In this document: positions 1-8,894 of the stretch, in pieces | Layout of the letters: the number at the start of each line of letters is the position of its first letter | How positions within the stretch are numbered: position 1 is the stretch's first letter | NCBI GenBank assembly: GCA_016839365.1 | Contig: JAEOUH010000069.1 | Location: 33,698-97,697 of the forward strand | From: Candidatus Hermodarchaeota archaeon | GTDB taxonomy: Archaea; Asgardarchaeota; Hermodarchaeia; Hermodarchaeales; Hermodarchaeaceae | DNA length: 64,000 nt | Reading direction: 5' to 3' | Notes under the pieces: generated by a model | Database searches by the model: none | What the model was told of the DNA's origin: nothing | The model's input: only the letters and a program-made list of their open reading frames with translations | Translations under genes and position numbers: made by a program

Positions 1-2
1 AA

Positions 3-185
3 GAATGGGAACTCTATCCTGCTGAAGCAGTTGCAGTTGGCATGAAGGCTATTGAACAGAAGATTGCCCGTAAAGAGTGGGAAGAGAATGAACTCCTTGC
101 ACATGCTACTAAGATCATTAAACGCTCCATCGATGTGACTCAGTCCCTCATGGACAACGGGTTCATTCCCAAAGCACCCTTCTAA
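3..185 (+). CDS. 3' end of NAD(P)-dependent malic enzyme (partial, runs off left edge)
   Basis: Frame 3 translates EWELYPAEAVAVGMKAIEQKIARK...LMDNGFIPKAPF*, which resembles the C-terminus of archaeal/Thermotoga-type malic enzymes. Not in the ORF track. Confidence 0.6.
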   Translation, partial: EWELYPAEAVAVGMKAIEQKIARKEWEENELLAHATKIIKRSIDVTQSLMDNGFIPKAPF

Positions 186-302
186 ACCAGGGCGCTTTTT
201 TACTCCTATACGAAAACTATAGACTCTACAAGGACAAACCTTTAACCGCTTGATTTCGAACTCGTGCTAGACTAGCTTGTTATTTCATGGGAGACCTATG
301 CC

Positions 303-977
303 ATGCCAATCTTGGTATCAGATTTAGATGGAACCCTTCTCGATGTCCGAGACCGGTTCATCCATGCACAGATCAATGCGCTAGCGGATTTCGGATACAC
401 AGTGACAATTGAGCAGGTCAGTCCACTCACAGAATTTACGATGGATTACAAACAATTCCTCGGAGGATTAGATGTCCAACTTTCCCAAGAGGACCTCATC
501 CACTATTTCCTACGTATCGAACAGGAATTCTACAAAGGCTGGCAATACTCCTATGTGTTTCCTGGCGTCATCGAAGCCCTTAAGGAGATCCGTCCTCGCG
601 TCGATGCTCTACGTTTGATTACATCACGGGCGTGGGTTGAGGAGACACGGGACGAAGTCAATCATTTTGGATTGGATATCCTCTTTGATCGTCAAGTGGT
701 TACTCGCGGTGACTTGGCTCGTGCCGAGGGCGTCCAAGAAGTTCCGCTCTACCCATTTTTAGATCATCGGCAACGACTAATCCAACTTGCCATTGCTGAC
801 CTGGAAACACCAAATGATGTCTGGGTAATCGGTGATTCACCCAATGAAATGGAAGCAGCACAGAGACTAGGATATACCTCGGTTGGGGTATTAACTGGTT
901 TCTACACACCTGAAGCCTTGGACCCGTATTGCACCCACGTCCTCAATTCAGTAGCAGATATCGACACCCTTCTCTAG
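303..977 (+). CDS. HAD-superfamily hydrolase (phosphoglycolate phosphatase-like)
   Basis: Motif I DLDGTL, motif II ITSR, motif IV GDSPNEMEAA. Confidence 0.85.
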   Translation: MPILVSDLDGTLLDVRDRFIHAQINALADFGYTVTIEQVSPLTEFTMDYKQFLGGLDVQLSQEDLIHYFLRIEQEFYKGWQYSYVFPGVIEALKEIRPRVDALRLITSRAWVEETRDEVNHFGLDILFDRQVVTRGDLARAEGVQEVPLYPFLDHRQRLIQLAIADLETPNDVWVIGDSPNEMEAAQRLGYTSVGVLTGFYTPEALDPYCTHVLNSVADIDTLL

Positions 978-1042
978 TTTGTGTTCAGTTCCTGACATAG
1001 TCAAGCTTATAACCGAACTAAACCTCCATCCCCCCAGTCACA

Positions 1043-1720
1043 ATGAAGTTGAAAGCATTCCTTTCCGACCTCGATGGCACCCTCATCGATACCCGAGAAA
1101 GAGCTATCCACGCCCACGCTAGCGGTCTGCACAGTATAGGTTATGATGTAACAGCCGAACAGGTACAGAGTCTATATCGATACTCCTTTGATACACGAGA
1201 TCTCCTCAACCGCTTAAACATTCAGCTCTCAGAATCCGAGTTCATCCACTATATCATGGGTTTCCGTGAATTCTTCTTTTCACATTCTGAACTCTCCCAT
1301 ATCATTCCAGGCACCATCGAAGCGCTCGAAAAGCTTCAACCGCAAATCGAACACATGCGAATTATCACATCACGACAAGACAGTGACCAAACTCGCCAAG
1401 AAATCCGACGCTTTGGATTCCACAAGTGGTTCGAGGACATTTTCACTCGTGGTGACTTGGCCCAAGCTGAGGGCAAAGATCGCATTCCCCTATTCCCATA
1501 TCTCCCCCACCGTCGCGGACTTATACGATTGGCTGTACAAGATGTCAAGACCGAAGGTGACGTCTGGGTGGTCGGTGATTCGGCGGGTGAATTGGAAGCC
1601 GCGAAAAGCCTCGGATGCTTCACCATCGGTGTCCTCACGGGATTTGGTACTAACGACGATTTAGCCCCCTTCGCTAGTCGCATATTCGACTCTTTCAAGG
1701 AAATTGTGCAACTTATCTAA
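1043..1720 (+). CDS. HAD-superfamily hydrolase, tandem paralog of 303-977
   Basis: DLDGTL, ITSR and GDSAGELEAA; shares TRGDLAxAEG...PLxPxLxHR with the upstream gene. Confidence 0.85.
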   Translation: MKLKAFLSDLDGTLIDTRERAIHAHASGLHSIGYDVTAEQVQSLYRYSFDTRDLLNRLNIQLSESEFIHYIMGFREFFFSHSELSHIIPGTIEALEKLQPQIEHMRIITSRQDSDQTRQEIRRFGFHKWFEDIFTRGDLAQAEGKDRIPLFPYLPHRRGLIRLAVQDVKTEGDVWVVGDSAGELEAAKSLGCFTIGVLTGFGTNDDLAPFASRIFDSFKEIVQLI

Positions 1721-1744
1721 GACACTACAATATGGTTTGTGGAC

Positions 1745-3208
1745 ATGTCTCCCACACCCTCTCAACCCACCAACTGTGACACCGATTCCACACGATTTGA
1801 CACCCGACAGTATCAAGAACATATCCTCCGACGAATCAAGGAAAACCGGAACCATAACATCTTGGTAGAATTAGACTGTGGGCTAGGCAAACGCGTCCTC
1901 ACCTACAAATTAGTCACCGAGCAGTTTCCACAAACCCGGTTCATCATCACAGTCAACTCGTCATCCTCACTTCAAGAAACCGCCCAATATCTGGAAAAAG
2001 AATACGGCGGTGTTGAAGGCTTAGGTATCCTGGCTCCCAACGTTCAAGGACCTCATCGTGAACAACTCTTGCGAGAATCTCGGGTAGTCTTGTGCACACC
2101 TCGAGTGCTAGCCAACATTCTTAAAAAAGGCAATCTGACGCCAACCAACTTCGACGGCTTGATGATCAACGAAGTAGACACTATCATTAGGCGGGTTGGA
2201 CAGGAGCGGGTGCTTATCCAACCGTGGAGTTATCTCCTCGAATTCTTTAAAGACAATTGGATTATTGGGCTCAGCGGTACCCTTCGCGACGATCATGTAG
2301 TGTTCACTGAAGAGCAGCTCCAGATCCGTAATGAACTCCAAACCCTTGCAGTGTTTCTACCTAACGTCGAACTGATCAGCATGAACGAATTGGCCGACAC
2401 TGATTTGAGCGAGTTCATCAAACCCACAATCTTGGATGCGGTTCCAGTCACCAGTCCAGTGATTCGAGCCACCTCCCTGGTCATCGACGACCTCATCCAA
2501 TCCACCCGGGAAGAAATTCACCAAAGGGTTCGCGAAGAAACCGGTCAGTCGATAGGGGAACTTCCAGAATCCACACGTATTCTACATTTAATCCTCCACG
2601 AACTCCCCATCTCAGAAGAACTCGCTCAAAAATACAGCGGACTCCTAATGACCCGGAAATATTTGTACGGCATGGCATCTAAAAGCTTCCGCCGCTACCT
2701 CCACCACCCCACCCTCAAATCTAACATCGATGTTAACCGCATGATGCAGGATTGGCCTAAAATCACTCCCAAATCACTGAAAGCCCAAGAGCTTGCATTA
2801 AACGCTGACAAAACCGTCATCCTTACCTCATACCTCAACGTCGTCAGTGAAATAGACAGCTTGCTCAAAGTGAGGGGAGTAAATACTTTTCAACTCACCG
2901 GACGCACCCAAGACAAACAAGCAGTGCTATCACAATTCAAACAGGCCAAACCACCTGCCGCAGTCATTTTATCTCCGGTCGGTGAGCGTGACCTTGACTT
3001 ACCCGATGCCGATTTGCTTATAATTTGTGATACCGTCAATACGACGAAAACGGTCTATCAGAAAATGAAGCGTAGCCGTGGTGGACGAGTTGTTTTCTTG
3101 GTGTATGCAGACACCTCAGAAGTGGAGAAACTCCGACGCCTCCTAGATAACATCATGGAGCGGTATCCCTGGTCATCACGACTCGGCGATATGAAAGATT
3201 TGCGCTAA
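1745..3208 (+). CDS. SF2 helicase-like protein (Hef/FANCM-type two-RecA core) with degenerate motifs
   Basis: RQYQ Q-motif, LDCGLGKR (Walker A), CTP, INEVD (motif II), GLSGT (III), VGERDLDLP (V), YQKMKRSRG (VI). ATG at 1745 preferred over GTG at 1739. Confidence 0.7.
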   Translation: MSPTPSQPTNCDTDSTRFDTRQYQEHILRRIKENRNHNILVELDCGLGKRVLTYKLVTEQFPQTRFIITVNSSSSLQETAQYLEKEYGGVEGLGILAPNVQGPHREQLLRESRVVLCTPRVLANILKKGNLTPTNFDGLMINEVDTIIRRVGQERVLIQPWSYLLEFFKDNWIIGLSGTLRDDHVVFTEEQLQIRNELQTLAVFLPNVELISMNELADTDLSEFIKPTILDAVPVTSPVIRATSLVIDDLIQSTREEIHQRVREETGQSIGELPESTRILHLILHELPISEELAQKYSGLLMTRKYLYGMASKSFRRYLHHPTLKSNIDVNRMMQDWPKITPKSLKAQELALNADKTVILTSYLNVVSEIDSLLKVRGVNTFQLTGRTQDKQAVLSQFKQAKPPAAVILSPVGERDLDLPDADLLIICDTVNTTKTVYQKMKRSRGGRVVFLVYADTSEVEKLRRLLDNIMERYPWSSRLGDMKDLR

Positions 3209-3233
3209 CAAAATACCCTGATATTGCCCTCCC

Positions 3234-3758
3234 CTACCAGGTCAGCCATCGAAACCAGACCATAAGGCTCACCATGATAATATAAACCAATACTACAAAA
3301 TTCAGGCCCATCAGAAGAAGAAGTGAATTAACGATACTGCGAATATCAACGAGAAGAGAGGATAAAGTAGAGAAATACCCAAGAATGAAAGTTGTCCATT
3401 GGATCCAAATTGCTGCCACCATGATAGACGCAATCGCACTTGCGAAGAACCATCGAGTATTTTGTGGGACATTCGTAGGATGCGAACAAACGCTGACCAA
3501 TACGCTACAAAGCCACGGTCCGAAGACAATAACACCAAAGGAAAGAGGAAAGTGAACCAGACTCAACTGGTTAAAAAACAGAAGCCCTCCCCCAGGTGTA
3601 GGATAATATCCTATCCGAGTAATTAAGTCAAGTGAAATAATCATCTGGGCGAATACAATGATGAACTGTGTAGCTACAGCAACTGAGAGACCAACGAACA
3701 CCAATCGCCAAGCTAGATTACTGCCCAGGTATTCATCGTAATCGTATACAACACCCAA
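3234..3758 (-). CDS. Hypothetical 4-TM membrane protein
   Basis: Four hydrophobic segments; GSxxAWR and GPW...HP motifs shared with the neighbouring gene. Confidence 0.65.
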   Translation of the reverse strand: MGVVYDYDEYLGSNLAWRLVFVGLSVAVATQFIIVFAQMIISLDLITRIGYYPTPGGGLLFFNQLSLVHFPLSFGVIVFGPWLCSVLVSVCSHPTNVPQNTRWFFASAIASIMVAAIWIQWTTFILGYFSTLSSLLVDIRSIVNSLLLLMGLNFVVLVYIIMVSLMVWFRWLTW

Positions 3759-3784
3759 ACATGTTCCCTCGCTCCAATCCTGTT

Positions 3785-4300
3785 CTAAGGGTTATTTAAA
3801 ACCTCAGATACAGGCTTTAGCCACTTCCACCAAAAAACCACACTTATCCCAACAATGGTGAACCCCACGATCCCATAGAGGATAGATGTGGTGACCAACT
3901 CAAACAACACAAATGGATCCGGTGGGTAAGGCCAGGTAACATGGTTGTATAACAGGATTAACTCTCCCCAACACATACCGATAAACGTCATAATCAAAAA
4001 TCCCTGGCCTAGCCATTGCCAATACTGGGATCCGTATTTTGGATGTGTGCTGCCAAAAATCACAATCATACCAAACCATGGGCCAATAAGCGTGGTGATT
4101 ATCAGAGTAAATATCAAACTGAAGAATTGCATAGTCCCACCAAACGACCAATTCGATAGGAGAAAAGCTTGGCGTGTCAATTCAAATAACACGATTTGAC
4201 TCACGATCAGGCATAGGCTAGCACTTGTTAGAATAATGAATCCCCACCGCCATGCCCGTTTTGAACCAGGATAAACTTCAACAGACTTTTTCAATTCCAT
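3785..4300 (-). CDS. Hypothetical 4-TM membrane protein, paralog of 3234-3758
   Basis: YPGSKRAWRW and IGPWFG...THP; ATG (MELKK) at 4300 preferred over the ORF-track start at 4354. Confidence 0.65.
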   Translation of the reverse strand: MELKKSVEVYPGSKRAWRWGFIILTSASLCLIVSQIVLFELTRQAFLLSNWSFGGTMQFFSLIFTLIITTLIGPWFGMIVIFGSTHPKYGSQYWQWLGQGFLIMTFIGMCWGELILLYNHVTWPYPPDPFVLFELVTTSILYGIVGFTIVGISVVFWWKWLKPVSEVLNNP

Positions 4301-4415
4301 ACATTTTCCTCTCCATAAAATAGTAACCAAGGCACCCAGAGGGCTTGTATCCAATTAATTCTTAGTATTACAAGGATTTAACAATTCAGAACAATGTTTC
4401 AACTTGTGAAACTGA

Positions 4416-5039
4416 ATGACCACCCACAATCAGCATTCCAAAGAAGAATCAACAGCTCCTACGGTCTTTCCTGTCTACGTCTTTGAGAGAACTAGCAAAT
4501 CAATCTTCAACTATTGTCTCAACAAAGCCACAGGGTCATCTCCGCGTGAAGCCCTGGGCGTCGTTCTGGGCTTTCGTCGACAATGGCAGGGAGAGAAGTA
4601 TATCCGTATCACCGATTGGGCCACCGGACACGTAGAAGCCAGTATTGCCCATGCCCGGTTCACTCCAGAAGGTATCCTCGAATATCGGCTTACCCTGCAC
4701 GATCGGTATGGCAATAATCCCCATTCTCCTCGCGTCGTCGGCCTCTGGCACTCCCATCCCTTTGGTGGCGATCCGCAGTTCTCCTCAACGGATTTACGTA
4801 CATTCTTCAACACGCCTTTCTGTGCTGAGGGCAACGTCTTCTTTTTGATTGATCCCCTCAGCCGGATCTTCAAAGTGTATATGCTTCGACCACGGCCCGA
4901 ACAGCCCGGCTTACAGCTAGAAAGGGTAGAATGGTGTACCTATCGTCCATCAGTCCCCGCTGGGGAACCAATGCTTCAGGATAACTCGCTAATCCATGAG
5001 GAGGAAATGCGTGATGACGAAGAAGCCCACACCGATTGA
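4416..5039 (+). CDS. JAB/MPN+ (JAMM) metalloprotease, putative Ubl-processing/deconjugating enzyme
   Basis: N-terminal catalytic Glu (PREALG) and a complete JAMM motif VGLWHSHP-x7-S-x2-D (HSHPFGGDPQFSSTD). Confidence 0.9.
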   Translation: MTTHNQHSKEESTAPTVFPVYVFERTSKSIFNYCLNKATGSSPREALGVVLGFRRQWQGEKYIRITDWATGHVEASIAHARFTPEGILEYRLTLHDRYGNNPHSPRVVGLWHSHPFGGDPQFSSTDLRTFFNTPFCAEGNVFFLIDPLSRIFKVYMLRPRPEQPGLQLERVEWCTYRPSVPAGEPMLQDNSLIHEEEMRDDEEAHTD

Positions 5040-5877
5040 TTTAGAGTATTTTGAGAAGGATCAGCATGATCGAACACGACGCTGGTTGGGGGCTACCAAT
5101 CTTGAGGCCGTTCGTCAGTCAACGGTACTGATGGTGGGCGCAGGGGCAGTCGGGAATGAGGTCTGTAAGAATCTCGGCTTGTTAGGGGTTGGGAAAATCG
5201 TTTTGGTGGATCCCGATAAAGTGGCCGCCTCCAATTTGAACCGCTGTGTTTTCTTTCGTCCAGGAGACCACGATATTAAGTTCAAAGTCGATGCAGTGGC
5301 TGAGCGGCTCCCTGAACTCGCAACCGATACAGTGGTTGAACCACATGCCATACCGATACAGGTTGCACCGGACGAAGTGTGGGATGTTGACTTAGTGTTG
5401 GTCGGTGTTGACAACCATTATGCCCGCTACCTGCTGAATGCTAAAAATCTCAGCATCGAGCCACCCTTGCCAGTGATAAATGGGGCTATGGGAAAGGACT
5501 TCGTGTCAGTTGAAGTCCTCGCGCCACCAAAGACAGCGTGCTTGGTGTGTTCGTGGAGTAAAGACTTCGTCGATCATGTCATCACCAACGAAGTACGCAC
5601 ACGATGTGATCCTTTCTTTGTTGACACTATGCCCCGATTTCCCATGATTAGTTTTGTTACCTCCGTTGTGGGCGCAGTGATGGCGTGGGAAGCCACAAAG
5701 ATGCTTGCTGGATTACAGCAGTGGCGTCTAACGGGGCAATGGCAGGAGGGGCTCAAACCAGCACTTGGCCGGTTCATCCAATACGACTTACACAAGCATA
5801 AATCCATGACAGGACCAATTATGGCAAATCCACGGTGTACAGAAATTTTCTGTCGCGATAAGCGGAAACATCTCTAA
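5014..5877 (+). CDS. ThiF/UBA-family E1-like Ubl-activating enzyme
   Basis: GAGAVGNE nucleotide loop, DPDKVAASNLNR, VDN, Zn ligands CLVC and C-x4-C, candidate catalytic Cys in RTRC. SD GAGGAGG precedes ATG 5014; overlaps the JAB gene. Confidence 0.9.
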   Translation: MTKKPTPIDLEYFEKDQHDRTRRWLGATNLEAVRQSTVLMVGAGAVGNEVCKNLGLLGVGKIVLVDPDKVAASNLNRCVFFRPGDHDIKFKVDAVAERLPELATDTVVEPHAIPIQVAPDEVWDVDLVLVGVDNHYARYLLNAKNLSIEPPLPVINGAMGKDFVSVEVLAPPKTACLVCSWSKDFVDHVITNEVRTRCDPFFVDTMPRFPMISFVTSVVGAVMAWEATKMLAGLQQWRLTGQWQEGLKPALGRFIQYDLHKHKSMTGPIMANPRCTEIFCRDKRKHL

Positions 5878-5881
5878 CCCG

Positions 5882-7483
5882 TTAGATTAAACCAATGGTC
5901 TTCTGCCAGACCGTTGAAGTCGGTTTCTGATCAGCCCACAAGCGTAGGTTCAGAGTTACTTTGGGGGCTCCATTTGGCATAGGGAGGTTCATCCAAATAT
6001 TCACAGGGGAATCTAATCGAGGTGCGAAGGGTTCAATAGCCACTACCTGGTCCATAAGGCCGTCTGAAACGGTTGCTGTCATCACCATTTGGTCTAACGG
6101 ATGGGCACTGCTTGGTTTTGGAATCAATGAGACCTTCAAGGGCAACGTACTCCCACGTGGGACAGCATCAGGGGCGTTAACCTCTAATTCTGCGGGGGCT
6201 TCTCTCAACCGGGCGGGAACCGATTCGGGGACACCCACCACTCGTTTTACTTTCCACCCGGTCTCAATCTTGGGCTCAGAACGCTCTCCCTTTTTTCCAT
6301 CAATGGCAACAGTATCAGAGTACCAACTGACTTTGAATTCTTGGCGGACGCGAGTATCCATCCAGTTTCCGATGATAAGGGGAATATGACGGTTTGTCAC
6401 TCCTAACAATCCCATGGCCCCATGCCAGGTCGGATCAACAGGGATCCATTGACCCCGAATCCAAATTTCACTCCAAGCATGACGCTCCCAGGACTGCCCA
6501 TTATAAGCATAACCCGCTTCCAATCGGGCTGGTATTTTGTTCGCGCGACACAACGCCGCAAATAAAGCGGCATATTCAGTGCAATCACCAACCTGCTTTT
6601 CGATAGCATAAGCTGCTCCTCTTTCATACTCTTGACGAACATACCGCATCTTCTTTGTAACTGCCCTCATCGCTGCTTGTGCAAATTGTATCGGTGTTGA
6701 ATGATCTTTAGCAATATCTCGGGCAAGATCTTTGATGAGGTGGTGGTGTGATTCTATGAAATTTTCTGGTTGGGTGAACTTAACGATATTGGATGGAAAG
6801 GCTGAGTTGCGAGTTTCTGGCGGAATATTATACCGTAGTGCGCGATTCCGAATGAGAGCTGTGTACCCACAGGTAAAGGCTTCTCCAACAGCAAGACTAG
6901 CTTGATGAAATCGTATCCATTGATTTCCGATTGTATCATTCTGTTGTTGTCCATCCTTCGGAGAGAACTGGATATCAAGTACCGTTTGCCGAGGAGGCAG
7001 CGAAGGCGGAGCAGCTATTATAACTCGAACATTGCTGATTCGAGCACGTGTAATGTTCTTCACAGTCGCTGAATAATTGACCCTGTGCACTACAATTGGT
7101 GGATGTCCTCCTTCAAAGCGAAAGCATCCCATGACATAATGATCGTCGGGAGGTCCTCGATAGGGATACTTATCGATTGCGGCTTTGATGCGGGTTTCCT
7201 GCAATGCAACAACGATTGTATAGAATCCAGACAGCAGATTTGCCGTCAGTGGCACACTAAATTCACCTGTATTAGTCTTACCAAAATGAAACGGGACCTT
7301 ACTCACCATTCGCCCGAAGGGATCAATGATGTAGACGATCCCATTGTCAACCTTTACATTCGATTTTGCTTGACCCTTTCGTTTCAACTGAATAGAAATC
7401 CGTTGACCGGCTTTAACACTCGGAACACCATCTTGCCTCGTAGGGGCGATAATTTTCAAAGACACGGGAAGATTACTCGTCAT
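5882..7483 (-). CDS. Transglutaminase-like (Cys-His-Asp) domain protein with flanking beta-rich domains
   Basis: GDCTEYAALFAALCRANKIPAR...HAWSEIW...W.PVDPTW gives an intact triad; no obvious signal peptide; overlaps the upstream Zn-finger gene. Confidence 0.85.
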   Translation of the reverse strand: MTSNLPVSLKIIAPTRQDGVPSVKAGQRISIQLKRKGQAKSNVKVDNGIVYIIDPFGRMVSKVPFHFGKTNTGEFSVPLTANLLSGFYTIVVALQETRIKAAIDKYPYRGPPDDHYVMGCFRFEGGHPPIVVHRVNYSATVKNITRARISNVRVIIAAPPSLPPRQTVLDIQFSPKDGQQQNDTIGNQWIRFHQASLAVGEAFTCGYTALIRNRALRYNIPPETRNSAFPSNIVKFTQPENFIESHHHLIKDLARDIAKDHSTPIQFAQAAMRAVTKKMRYVRQEYERGAAYAIEKQVGDCTEYAALFAALCRANKIPARLEAGYAYNGQSWERHAWSEIWIRGQWIPVDPTWHGAMGLLGVTNRHIPLIIGNWMDTRVRQEFKVSWYSDTVAIDGKKGERSEPKIETGWKVKRVVGVPESVPARLREAPAELEVNAPDAVPRGSTLPLKVSLIPKPSSAHPLDQMVMTATVSDGLMDQVVAIEPFAPRLDSPVNIWMNLPMPNGAPKVTLNLRLWADQKPTSTVWQKTIGLI

Positions 7484-7868
7484 TATCTCGACCTACTTGG
7501 TCGGCTTCAGAGCGGGATTCGATTCCTTCTTCTTCTGGAAGAATAACTACTTTTCCACCCAGTGGTTGAGGTGAGCGTCGGGGGACATCGCCCAATATTC
7601 TCACAGATGTTCGTATCTCCGTAGGTTGGCTTCCTAAATCCAATCGGGGACCCAAAAACCGAGTAAAGTGTGGAGAGTGGGCTTCACCGCCACGAACGAT
7701 TGCTCCGGGACAGGTGCCTTGCCCTGATTCTAAGAAGAGGGCACGACACGAAGGACAAATATAGCTACCACAGACTGTACAAATCCACCATTGGCTCCGT
7801 GCATTTTCAAGTGAAACTTGAGTGGCACAAGCCGCACACCGCATTTGGGATGCACCATGTATACTCAT
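7473..7868 (-). CDS. RING/PHD-like Zn-finger protein (candidate E3) with disordered acidic tail
   Basis: C-x2-C-x15-C-x2-C-x4-C-x2-C-x11-CP-x9-H; ATGA overlap with the upstream gene. Confidence 0.7.
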   Translation of the reverse strand: MSIHGASQMRCAACATQVSLENARSQWWICTVCGSYICPSCRALFLESGQGTCPGAIVRGGEAHSPHFTRFLGPRLDLGSQPTEIRTSVRILGDVPRRSPQPLGGKVVILPEEEGIESRSEADQVGRDNDE

Positions 7869-8083
7869 GATGGTCTCTCCTTAAGCTCACGTCGTTTCTT
7901 TTTACCATGAATTCTAATGGAATAATAAGGCGAAAAGTTGGGAGGTCGTTCTTCTTCAAAAGGGATGTCTCTCTCTCGGAGAATCTGAATCCGGGTTTCC
8001 CTCTCAGATTCATTCGTTGATTTTTCAGGTTCTTCCTCATACTCGTCGGGGCTTTCTTTCTCCTCTGAAGGTGGATCCGACAT
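7865..8083 (-). CDS. Small disordered protein (acidic N-terminus, basic C-terminus) in the Ubl operon
   Basis: SD GAGGTG upstream of ATG 8083; fills the gap between the E2 and Zn-finger genes with translational coupling. Confidence 0.65.
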   Translation of the reverse strand: MSDPPSEEKESPDEYEEEPEKSTNESERETRIQILRERDIPFEEERPPNFSPYYSIRIHGKKKRRELKERPS

Positions 8084-8097
8084 AATTGACACCTCGT

Positions 8098-8850
8098 TTA
8101 TCTCTCATCATCAAGAATCCGAACCGATGTACGTCTACTTGGTTTATCCAAAACGCGGGGCGCCCTTCGAACAGATTCCGCGCTTGATGATGAGGACTCA
8201 AGTATGCGTACACGTCCCTGCCGTGAAGCCGCAGCTGGCCCATCCTTGTGCTGGGCTTCCCAGAGCTGATCAAGGGTTTCAACGATTCTGTCTGCATCTT
8301 GCTCATACCATGCCATAGCCGCCATATTTAGACCATGATCGGATTGAAACTGAGATGGTGGTTCTACTCGGTCTGGTTTTAACAATACAAAAAAGGGGAG
8401 ATCTTCAAGGATACGATCTAATTCTCCACGAACCGAGTAGCAGGCATGTCCAGTCCCGCTCGCCGCCAGTCTGGGGTGATACAGGGGCGTTTCTGCTACA
8501 GGTCGAATGGCGCCTATGTTCTGAGGGTACTCTCGGGGCAAATCAAAGATGAATCGATGCTCATAACGTATGGCGCTTGTATCCTCAAGGTTTCTGGGTT
8601 TACGAACGAAGCCGGGGAGATTACGCATAGTAAAGCGAATCCGTTTAAAAGCTCCATCGCGATATCGGGCGATGGTGGAAACGGTGAAATCGCGATTGCT
8701 CCAAGCTGTGTCTTCGCGGTGCGGAGGATCTGGATCCCACCCTCGTCGTCCAAAGAGATTGTTCATAGTGTCAAAAAATGTCTGAATCTGGGTTTCCACT
8801 CTGGCGTTAAACAGCTCAGTAGAGAATACTGGTCGGGTCACGATTATCAC
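8098..8850 (-). CDS. UBC-fold E2-like Ubl-conjugating enzyme
   Basis: FIFDLPREYP...TPLYHPRL-x5-GHAC matches the E2 pattern FPxxYP...TxIxHPN-x-GxIC, with the Cys conserved; LNMAAMAWYEQD matches the E2 LNxxAAxxY helix. Confidence 0.8.
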   Translation of the reverse strand: MIIVTRPVFSTELFNARVETQIQTFFDTMNNLFGRRGWDPDPPHREDTAWSNRDFTVSTIARYRDGAFKRIRFTMRNLPGFVRKPRNLEDTSAIRYEHRFIFDLPREYPQNIGAIRPVAETPLYHPRLAASGTGHACYSVRGELDRILEDLPFFVLLKPDRVEPPSQFQSDHGLNMAAMAWYEQDADRIVETLDQLWEAQHKDGPAAASRQGRVRILESSSSSAESVRRAPRVLDKPSRRTSVRILDDER

Positions 8851-8894
8851 CCTCAGTTCCTGTATTCGTCTCGGGTGTGTGAAGATTTTTTTTG

